Of a DNA stretch of 64,000 bases, positions 39,375-49,000 are shown piece by piece (the first letter of the stretch is position 1; the number at the start of each line of letters is the position of its first letter). This stretch comes from a virus, in the IMG/VR virus record IMGVR_UViG_3300044953_000102, positions 50,944-114,943 of that record, one strand, 5' to 3'. Under the pieces are notes generated by a model, which ran no database searches, was not told where the DNA came from, and saw only the letters and a program-made list of their open reading frames with translations. The translations under genes were made by a program, and so were the position numbers.

Positions 39375-42300
39375 ATGATAAAAGTTAGAATTAAAAAGTT
39401 ACCTCAAGCAAGAACTGGATACCAAGTTCAAGGAGCATTAGTAAATGACGTACCTGCTATGGGAGGTGCAGACTATAATGCATACATTGGTGCACCAAAA
39501 CTTCGGGAAAGTAAATACATCAAAGCTGTCCCTAGAGATGAAGCAAATCTAGAAGCAGAAGGTAGAGAAACAGTATATGGAGACATCAATGGTGATGGAA
39601 TGCCAGAACATAAAATTATTGTTGGTCCAAGACATGCTCAAGGTGGAGTTCCTTTAAATCTTCCAGAAGATACTTTTATTTTCTCTGACACAAGAGCAAT
39701 GAGAATAAAAGATCCAGAATTACTAAACATGTTTGGTAAAGGAGGTACAAATAAATCTTATACTCCGGCAGAACTAGCTAAACAATACGATGTACAGAAG
39801 TATAGAAAAATACTAGAAGATCCTGAGACAGATGCAATAGAAAGAAAGACTGCAGAGTTAATGATCAAAAAGTATGTTGTTAAACTAGGCTGTCTTGCTC
39901 TTGCACAAGAATCTATGAAAGGATTCCCACAGGGTATCCCAGCAGTAGCAAAACCATGTATGGAAGCTAGAGGTTTAACTGAGCAAGATATTCTACCTAA
40001 TAAAGAAATATCTGTTCTAAATGATCAGTTAAAAAAACAAATGGAACAAGAAGGAGCGACAGATGAAAACATACTTCAACAAGCTGAAGAGATGAATGAT
40101 GGTAATCCTGTTGCACAACCACAAGAAATGGGTCCTCCTCAAGAACAAATGGAAGCTCCTTCACCAGAAGAAATGATGATGTATAGTGGATATAGAAGAA
40201 GATTAAGAAGAGCACAAGAAGGAATGCAACAACCATCTCCTGAAGAAATGGCAATGATGCAACAGCAACAACAAGGTGGTCAAGATGAAATGGGTGAGAT
40301 AATGAAAGAAGTTGCAAATGCTCTTCAAAGAGGTGCTGATCCTTCTGAAGTTGTTATGAGTTTATTACAGAACAACATTCCACCAGATGCAATTGTACAA
40401 ATATTTACACAACTTGGTGCTGAACCACAACAAGCTGCTCAAATAGTACAGCAAGTAATAGCACAGGCCCAAGGTGGTGGTCAAGAACAAATGATGCCAC
40501 AAGAACAACCTATGTCAGAAGAAGAAGCAATGATGATGCAACAACAACAGATGCAACAACAAGCTCCTCCTATGGCACAGTATGGTATGACAATGGGTGG
40601 TTATGATATGCCATTCTATGATATGCCAGAAGCTGCTTATGGTATGGCAATGGGTTCTGGTCAATCTCAAAACTATCAAGGAAGGCCTAAAAGAATTCCT
40701 GGATCAGGTCCTATGTTTCCATTAACTAAAGCAGGGAATGGAATAACTATTGATGCTTCTAATATGACTAATGAACAACTTCAAAGAGCTATTTGGGATG
40801 CACAACAAAAAGATAAAAATGCTGAAATTACTGTAACTCGTAAAGATGCTAATGGTCAAGTAAAAACACAAAAACTTAAATCATCAGGATTTATGATTCC
40901 TGAAGGTAAGGATATTACAGATTTAAAAGGTTTTCCAGATACACCTGCAGGAAGGGTTGCTGCAGCACAATATTTATTAATTGAAGAAAACTTAAATAAT
41001 TCTACAGTTAAAGCTGAGATTATTAAAAATACTAAAGAAGCACTTGAAAATCCAGATGCTTGGACAGGTAAAGGTGGTACAAGAAATGCTAATAATACTT
41101 GGTCAAATAAATATGGTGCATTACCTTCTGATGAGGAAATTATAAAACAAGCATTAAATCATCAAAAAAGAAATTTGATGTTTGAAGCTAATGAAATTGA
41201 TCCGCAATTATTTTCTGATGTTGGTCATAAACTTGATGATGTTGATACTGTACTTAATAAAGGGTACGTTAATCCAAAAACTGGACAAAAATATACAAGA
41301 GCTGAGGCAGAAGCAGCACTTAAATCTCTTAATGTTAAAGGTTTTACTAATGTTGCTGCAATGTCAAATATACTAGGAGTTCCTTTAGACCCTAAAGGAA
41401 AAGATAGAGTTCTCCAGCAAGGAACAATGCACGGATATGCAAAAGCATATCAAAACTTTTCATCTGGTGCTTATAACTCTAATCCAGATGCAAAATATGC
41501 TATGGATAATTTTTTGGGTAATGTAAGTTTAGTTCACTCAGGTGCGGATGATGAAACTTCAATGGGAGCTTTGTATGGATCAATAGGTAATAGAATATCT
41601 CCTCTTGATGATAAATATGATTATTCAGATAATAATTGGTATCAAAAAAATTCTGGCAGATTAGTGAAAGGTAAGTTTACTACTTATGGAGATACAACAG
41701 CTGGTCATAAATATATGGTTGGTAAAAGAAATCTAGAATTTGAAGATATTCCAGAAAGTGGACCTTGTCAATGTGAAAAAGATAAATTACCTGATGGATC
41801 ACCGGACCCTTCATATAAACCAAAAGATGCTCAAGGTAATTGTACTTGTGATCCTCCAAAACCTAAAGATTGTCCATGTCAAAAATCTGATGGTACAGTA
41901 ATAAACATGACTGCAAATGCAGATGGTACTTGCCCGCCTTGTACAGAACCTAAAGATATACCTGTACCAGGTCCTCCTGCTGAATGGTGGTTACAAGATA
42001 CAATTAAAACTACCGGTGCATTTGGAGATTTAATGGGAGTTAAAAAGTATATGCCGTGGGCAGCTCCTGCAAAACTTCAAACACCAAGACCTACATTCTT
42101 AGATCCAACAAGAGAACTTGCTGCTAATGCAGAACAAGCAAATATACAAACTGCAGGTATGGCACAGTTTGCTGGACCACAAGCACTATCTGCAAGATCA
42201 TCAAGTGTTCAAGGTCAAGCTTCTAAGAATGCTGCAGATATACTTTCTAAATATAATAATGCTAATGTTAACATAGCAAATCAGTTTGAGATGAAAGCTA

Positions 42301-42788
42301 CAGACATTAGAAACCAGGAAAGTATGTTGAATCAAGCAACACAGCAAAGATTGTATGATCAAAATACAATTGCTAATCAACAGTTTGATAATGCTAAGTT
42401 GGCAATGAGAAACAACTTAAGAAATTACTATACTAACGCAATTACCAATAGATGGAAAACTGATGCATTAAATCAGATGTTCCCGAACTATCAAGTATCT
42501 CCAGGAGTAGGTGGACAAATGTATTATCAACCTACAGCAAAAACAACTAATCCTTCACAAACTTCAGGAAAAACTAAAGAAGAATGGTTTAAGTGGTGTA
42601 AAGATAATGGTGATCCAAATCCTTCTGCATGTGCTAATAGAATGATGAGTGGTAATAATTCAAATTCAGGAGGTGGAGCAGATCCAAATATGGTAAATAC
42701 TATGTATGGAACAGCTAGAGATGGTGGAGAAATGTTTGAAGATGGTGGTTTTGTTTATATTGATTCATGGCTTCCATTTATCATGTAA
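39375..42788 (+). CDS. Cargo protein (crAss cargo-1-like N-terminal domain)
   Basis: NLEAEGRET...GPRHAQGGV..FIFSD motif recalled from crAss cargo proteins; Q/M/P-rich linker; N/Q-rich coiled C-terminus. Confidence 0.65.
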   Translation: MIKVRIKKLPQARTGYQVQGALVNDVPAMGGADYNAYIGAPKLRESKYIKAVPRDEANLEAEGRETVYGDINGDGMPEHKIIVGPRHAQGGVPLNLPEDTFIFSDTRAMRIKDPELLNMFGKGGTNKSYTPAELAKQYDVQKYRKILEDPETDAIERKTAELMIKKYVVKLGCLALAQESMKGFPQGIPAVAKPCMEARGLTEQDILPNKEISVLNDQLKKQMEQEGATDENILQQAEEMNDGNPVAQPQEMGPPQEQMEAPSPEEMMMYSGYRRRLRRAQEGMQQPSPEEMAMMQQQQQGGQDEMGEIMKEVANALQRGADPSEVVMSLLQNNIPPDAIVQIFTQLGAEPQQAAQIVQQVIAQAQGGGQEQMMPQEQPMSEEEAMMMQQQQMQQQAPPMAQYGMTMGGYDMPFYDMPEAAYGMAMGSGQSQNYQGRPKRIPGSGPMFPLTKAGNGITIDASNMTNEQLQRAIWDAQQKDKNAEITVTRKDANGQVKTQKLKSSGFMIPEGKDITDLKGFPDTPAGRVAAAQYLLIEENLNNSTVKAEIIKNTKEALENPDAWTGKGGTRNANNTWSNKYGALPSDEEIIKQALNHQKRNLMFEANEIDPQLFSDVGHKLDDVDTVLNKGYVNPKTGQKYTRAEAEAALKSLNVKGFTNVAAMSNILGVPLDPKGKDRVLQQGTMHGYAKAYQNFSSGAYNSNPDAKYAMDNFLGNVSLVHSGADDETSMGALYGSIGNRISPLDDKYDYSDNNWYQKNSGRLVKGKFTTYGDTTAGHKYMVGKRNLEFEDIPESGPCQCEKDKLPDGSPDPSYKPKDAQGNCTCDPPKPKDCPCQKSDGTVINMTANADGTCPPCTEPKDIPVPGPPAEWWLQDTIKTTGAFGDLMGVKKYMPWAAPAKLQTPRPTFLDPTRELAANAEQANIQTAGMAQFAGPQALSARSSSVQGQASKNAADILSKYNNANVNIANQFEMKATDIRNQESMLNQATQQRLYDQNTIANQQFDNAKLAMRNNLRNYYTNAITNRWKTDALNQMFPNYQVSPGVGGQMYYQPTAKTTNPSQTSGKTKEEWFKWCKDNGDPNPSACANRMMSGNNSNSGGGADPNMVNTMYGTARDGGEMFEDGGFVYIDSWLPFIM

Positions 42789-42830
42789 ACTTTATAGGTT
42801 TATTAAACTAAAAAAATTTTAATAGTTTTA
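42786..42830 (+). promoter_or_regulatory. Palindrome TAAACTTTATAGGTTTATT overlapping putative promoter TTTA-N20-TAGTTTT
   Basis: 18/19 identity to the 34476 element; same spacing to a TAnnTTT box. Confidence 0.55.
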
Positions 42831-42844
42831 CACAAAGACAAATT

Positions 42845-45800
42845 ATGGCAACGTATCTACAAGGAGTCACAGATTTTATACCAGATTATCAGCCGTTTCA
42901 ACCTGATTTAAATTTCTATGGAAATCTATTGCAAACTAAACAAACGCAATATGATACTAATTGGAAACAGTTAAATAATCTGTATGGCCAGTTATATGGT
43001 GCTGACCTTACTCATGACATGAATCTTAAAAAGAAAGATGAGTTACTAAAACAAATTGATTTTAATCTTAAAAGAGTTTCAGGATTAGATCTTTCTTTAG
43101 AACAAAATGTAAATCAAGCTATGCAAGTATTTAGACCTTTTTATGAGGATAAGTACTTAATGAAAGATATGGCTTGGACTAAAAATTGGAAAAATACTTA
43201 TGAATCTGCCAATGCTCTTAAAAATTCACAAGATGAAAAACAAAGAAAACAATGGTGGAGTACAGGTATACAAGGACTTGAGTTAAGAAAACAAATGTTT
43301 AAGGATGCAACATTAGATGAAACCTTAAACATGGCAAATGCAAAATATACTGCTAATGTAAATGATTTCCAGGAGTATTTAGATCTTGCTAAAAAATATA
43401 ACATTGGTGCAGTTGTACAAGAACCAGATAAGTCTGGATTATACTTTGTAAGAAAAAAGAATGGAGAATTAATTTTACCAACTCTTCAACAAATGTTTTT
43501 AGCAGAGTATGCTAATAGACCTGATATACAAGATAAGTATAGAGAAGAAGCATTTGTAGAAAGGATGAACTATGCATATCAGAATAAAGAAAAATTTGGT
43601 AGTACTCTTGAAGCTGAAAAAGATTATATTAAACAAAAGTACGACTACATTAAAAAATATGCTGAGCAAAAAGATGGAAAAGCTCAAGATGAATTAAATA
43701 CTACTCAGAACCTTATTGGTAATTTAGAAAAAAATGTTAATTCTGGTAATGTAAATCCTCAACAAAAATCATATTATGAGAGACTTACAGAAAGTTTACA
43801 AGTAAATGCAACAATTGCACAAAATACAAGTAACTTAAATAATCAAATCAATGACAAAAAAGCAGCTGGAGAAGAGGGTCCAGATGATATACTAAGTGAT
43901 ATAGAATTAGCAAGACTTAAAGTAGATGCAGGATATGCAGCTATTGCAGCAGAACAAAAAATAATGGGTGCTGCAAATGCTTATGCTTTTGCAAACTATG
44001 AAGTAGAATATAAAGCAAATCCTGTTGGTCTTGAATTTTTAAGACATAAACATGCAAGTCAAAGACAACAACAAGCTCATAGAAATAGAGAAGAAGAACT
44101 CAGATTGCAACATGAGCAAAGAATGTTTGAAAAAGCTGCTGATCATAATGTTAGTCTAGGGTATTGGTCATATGATCAAAATGGTAGATTAATTACTAAT
44201 CCACAAGCAAATGGATTTAACTTAGATTTTACAGTTCCTGGAGGTACAGGTTCAGAAACTGAAGGTAAATTTACATTTGATGAACTACAAAGAATTAGTA
44301 GAAATCAAATGTTAAGTGGTGCAGTAGAAGGTGGAAACCATTTAATGAAAACAATTCAAAACGGTATTACTACTGGATCATTTAGTGCATCACAACTAGC
44401 ACAACTTATATTAAACTTTAACCCATCACATAAAGTAGCAAATAAAATTATTGATGCAGGGAAAGCAGGTAGTACAGATGCCAATAAAAAACTAATGAAA
44501 GAAGCATGGAATGGTATCTGGACTGAATACAAAAAAGACAATAATAGCTTTATTAAAAAAATGGCTGATTCTGGCCAGTTATGGGAAGTAAATTCATATA
44601 TGCAAAGTTGGGCATCGTTGAAACAAGGAGATCCTCTTTCTAAAGTATATTCAAATGACCCAGCAATATATAATTTGCAACAATTAAAAAGAGTTGATGA
44701 TGCATTGCTTCAAATTAGAAATCAAAACTATGATAACATTAGGGCTAAGTTTAAAAAAGATTTAAATCACATAGTTTCAAAAGTAAAAGCAAAAGATCCT
44801 GAAACATATAAAAATGTAACTCAAGAAAAAATTGATCAAGCCGTTGATTTGATGATGAATCGTTATGTGTTAGATGGTAACGGTCATACAGAAGAGTTTT
44901 ATAAAATTGCAGATCAAGTTGACAGACAAATTGGAAAAATTTTAGGATTTAATATTTCTAAAACGACTAATCGTCCAGCAACATTAAAATGGTATAATTA
45001 TGTATTTCCTATAACAAATATTGGAAAAATATTTGGTGATGGAAGAGAAGATGTTCATGAAACAGCTTCTTGGGTAAGAGATGTATTTGATAAATCATTT
45101 GATGAACTTACAAACATGGATCCTGAAAAAGGTGGTTTATACTCTTATATTCCTGGAACATCAAGTAAAAAAGGAAAAGATAATATATATGGGCTTAAGT
45201 CAGAAACAGGTATGATGCAAGTTGCGCCTGGAGTAAACTGGGATCCAGGAAATCAATCTGCATCAAGTATGTTCAATACTGTTTTATCAACAATTTGGAA
45301 TCGTGATAATTCACAATATAGAATTACTACAAAAGGAAATCAAAAACCTGCTAATAGTGATGATCCAACAGGGATAGAACAAAGTGAAGCACTTGCAATT
45401 GTGGCTGAACTTAAAAATCAATTAAACACTAATAAAGAATTAAAACCATTCTTTATTGGAGCAACTACAATATCTATGGAAAATGAAAAACTTGGGTCAA
45501 TGAAATTGATGGCTCCAAGAGAAGTAATTGAAAAAGTTATTAAAAGTATGGCCGGGGATGATGTTAAAGAAAATGATATTAAAGCTAAGATTGATAAGAT
45601 TTATCAAAATGGTATTACATTTATTGCACCTAAAGATACTTGGGCAGGTAATAAGTTGTACAATAAACAGTTTCCCACACCTATGGAAACTTTACTAAAT
45701 CAAAAAAGCTATGAGTATAATGATCCAAATGGAACGGGTAATTATAGAATTGAAAAAGTTCCTGGATCAGGAGATTATATTGCATCCGGTACTACCTATG

Positions 45801-46036
45801 AATTAAGACCTGATGGATCTAAAGTAGAACATAAATTTCAGTGGGATCTTAATTCTAGAAGTGGTAAAAAAATTGATGCAAAAGATGAAGAAACTTTTGG
45901 AATGTTTCAAAAGCTTACATCTTTAAACTTTGATACTTATAGAAAAATACATCAGTCAGGCAATAAAAACTTAATTGAAAAAGCAAATACAAACTTTGGT
46001 GGTACAGTAAATAATCCTTTTTGGAGGTGGAAATAA
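42845..46036 (+). CDS. Ejection/cargo protein (RNAP-associated cluster)
   Basis: 1063 aa; N-terminal YQPFQPD..LLQTKQTQYD motif; helical; first of three large genes ending in vRNAP. Confidence 0.6.
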   Translation: MATYLQGVTDFIPDYQPFQPDLNFYGNLLQTKQTQYDTNWKQLNNLYGQLYGADLTHDMNLKKKDELLKQIDFNLKRVSGLDLSLEQNVNQAMQVFRPFYEDKYLMKDMAWTKNWKNTYESANALKNSQDEKQRKQWWSTGIQGLELRKQMFKDATLDETLNMANAKYTANVNDFQEYLDLAKKYNIGAVVQEPDKSGLYFVRKKNGELILPTLQQMFLAEYANRPDIQDKYREEAFVERMNYAYQNKEKFGSTLEAEKDYIKQKYDYIKKYAEQKDGKAQDELNTTQNLIGNLEKNVNSGNVNPQQKSYYERLTESLQVNATIAQNTSNLNNQINDKKAAGEEGPDDILSDIELARLKVDAGYAAIAAEQKIMGAANAYAFANYEVEYKANPVGLEFLRHKHASQRQQQAHRNREEELRLQHEQRMFEKAADHNVSLGYWSYDQNGRLITNPQANGFNLDFTVPGGTGSETEGKFTFDELQRISRNQMLSGAVEGGNHLMKTIQNGITTGSFSASQLAQLILNFNPSHKVANKIIDAGKAGSTDANKKLMKEAWNGIWTEYKKDNNSFIKKMADSGQLWEVNSYMQSWASLKQGDPLSKVYSNDPAIYNLQQLKRVDDALLQIRNQNYDNIRAKFKKDLNHIVSKVKAKDPETYKNVTQEKIDQAVDLMMNRYVLDGNGHTEEFYKIADQVDRQIGKILGFNISKTTNRPATLKWYNYVFPITNIGKIFGDGREDVHETASWVRDVFDKSFDELTNMDPEKGGLYSYIPGTSSKKGKDNIYGLKSETGMMQVAPGVNWDPGNQSASSMFNTVLSTIWNRDNSQYRITTKGNQKPANSDDPTGIEQSEALAIVAELKNQLNTNKELKPFFIGATTISMENEKLGSMKLMAPREVIEKVIKSMAGDDVKENDIKAKIDKIYQNGITFIAPKDTWAGNKLYNKQFPTPMETLLNQKSYEYNDPNGTGNYRIEKVPGSGDYIASGTTYELRPDGSKVEHKFQWDLNSRSGKKIDAKDEETFGMFQKLTSLNFDTYRKIHQSGNKNLIEKANTNFGGTVNNPFWRWK

Positions 46037-46046
46037 ACATTAAAAA

Positions 46047-49000
46047 ATGATAGAAGAAACATTAAACTCTGCAGAAAGTATTAATAATCAACAGTCAGCT
46101 TTTCAACAGCTGATGTCTCAGAATAATTATCTTGATCCAGCAAAGATTGAGCAACCTCTTGCGCCACAATTAAACTGGAAAGATAATTTTGTTAATCAAA
46201 CTAATTTTATAAAAGATAATACTGCAGGTGTTACACCAGATTATCCACCATCAGAAGTAAAAAGTTCACAAGCAAATGGTCAGACAGGAGGTTCATTTGA
46301 AGCTGTCATGAATGGTAGTTTGGCTAAAGTAAATAACATGACTGATCAGGGAGCATATGTACAACCATATGCTTATGATGCATCTCCACAAGGTACTTTT
46401 AGAAAAAAATATAAAGCTTATGGTCAAGAAACATATAATAAAGTAGGATTTCACCCACTAATTGATAATGAAAGTTGGTTTAATCAAAATACTACATTTG
46501 GAGATGATTTAAAAAGATGGGCAACACATTCTGCATGGCCAATGTTGTCAAAAGGATTTATGGATCCTATTAAATCATACCAAAGTATTTTAAATGGTGA
46601 TGGTTTATTTTATGCAGATGAACAAAGTGCAAGAGACTATGAGTACTACAATGCAATAGGTGCATCAACAAAAGGTGGTCTTGGAGGATTTACTGTAAAC
46701 CTACTCAACTCTGCATCATACTCAATGGGTATTCTTGCAGAAGGTGCTGTTGAAGGTGCTTTGATTGGAGGTTTGTTTGGTGGAGGTAATGTTGCTACTG
46801 GTGCTTTAGAGGGTGCTGGTACTTTTTTAAATAAACTTGGTAGTTTACCAAGAGCATTAGTTGATGCTAGTAAAGCTATTGGTAAATTAATGTCTGGTGT
46901 AAAAAATTATTCAAATCTATCAAAAGCAAAAGAACTATTTGGTTCTGCTTCAAGACATTTTGGAAACTTTATTAATCCTTTACACAATACTACAGCTGCA
47001 TATCAACAATTAAAGAATACAGATAATATAACTAATCTTGCAAGAAGTTCTGTTACTGCTGGTGCACTTTGGCATGATATGATGTCTATGAACTTAGCAC
47101 TATCAGAAGGTAAACTTGAAGGAGGTTTTACAAAATATCAAGCATATGATAGATTATATAATGATTATGTAGCAGAAAACGGAGCACCACCTAGTCTTGA
47201 ACAACAAGAATCTATGATGAAACAAGCATCTAAAGGTGCATTCTGGAATACTTTATCTAACACAGCTTTAATTTACTATAGTTACAAACTTGTTTTTCCA
47301 TCAATTACAAATGCAAGTTTTTTAAAAGGAGTACCAAAATTTGCTTTTGGAAAAACTGTTGCAAATGTTGGTAAAGAGTTTCAAATCTTATTTGATCCAG
47401 GTAAAAAAGCTTTAGAAGGTGCTTTTACTAAACAAAGAGTCAATTTTGTAAATGCAATAAAGTCACTAGCAAAACCTCAAACATATGGTAAAGTAGGTCT
47501 TAATTACTTTAAAGCCAATGTTGTTGAAGGTAGTCAAGAAGTTATGCAAGATATCTTACAAGATACATTTCAAAACTACTATGTAAATACTTATAAAAAT
47601 AAAGATGCTAGAAACTTTAGATATGGTTTAGGATTAATGGGGGATGCTATTGAAAAACAATGGAGTGCTCAAGGTCTTGAAACATTTTTATCTGGTTTCT
47701 TAATGGGGACTATACTGCAAGCTCCTGGTTTTATTAAAAAATATGCCACAATTGGGTATAATGATTACCTTAAAAAAGATGCATCATACAAAGAATATCT
47801 AGATGGTAGAGAAGAATTAGCAGATACTGTTGTAGACCAATTAAATACTATGTATAAAAATGGTCACTTCTTTTTTGATCCTAGAATTAATAACTATGCT
47901 AATCAAGCTCTGGTAGCTAATGTTGTAGACAATCCAGAAGAGCATACTACTAAAGAAATAAAAGATGCAGAGTTTGCTGCATTTCAATCTGCTGTACTTG
48001 GTTCATTACAGAATGGAACCTTTGACATGTTTATAAAACACTATGAAGGTTACAAACAAGCATCAGCAGAAGATATAGAACAAGCATGGAGTTTAAAACC
48101 TGGTCAAGGTACAAAAGCATTAGAAAGATTTGACAAAGCATTAGAGAATGCAAAACAAATCAAAGACCGTTGGAATACTGCTAAAGAAAAAATGAAGTTC
48201 CAAGTTGATGCAACTCAGTATGCAGAAGGTACTGAAGAAAGAGCAATAGCAGAGATTTATAATAAAGCATATAGTCAGTCTCTTTATAATTATGTTTTTC
48301 TACATAACTCATTTGATGATAATGCAAAAAGATTAAATAAATTATATGAAGGAATAGCTTCTTTATCAGTACTGAAAAAATCTAATTTTGCAAACTTTGT
48401 TGGCTTTACAGATCCAACAAGATTAACAAGAGAGATAGAAATGCTTAAAACTGAGGTAGAAAACTTAGAAAGTTTTGGTACTTCAGAAGCTCTTGAGGAA
48501 GCAGCAAAGAAAAGAGAACTTGTAGAATTATATTCTAAGTTTAATGAAAAACAAGAAGCACTTGTAGACTTGTTTATTGATAAAACATTAGGAGAAAGCA
48601 ATATTATTACAACAAGACTAAACGAAATTAAAAAAAGAATTCTTGAATCTAATACTAATTTAGATGAAGATCAAGCCGCAAGTCAAGCTATTGAACAATT
48701 AGTTGATCAATATGAGTCTGGTGAAACTAATGAGTTTTTAGAATATAAAGAAGCATTCACTGAATTACTTTTTGGACTTGCAGATACTGCAGAAGAAAGA
48801 ATGCAGCTTGAACAAGAAATTCAAAGTAAAGGTGGAATAGATGATCTTTTTACAGATCTATTAGATACACATATACTTAAAAATGAAAATGCAAAACTTA
48901 TTGAGTATGTAAATATGCTTGCTACTCCAAGAGAGTTTTATGAGCATTTACAGAGAAACTTTAAGTTTATGAAAGATCTCTACAATAATAGAGAAGAGAT

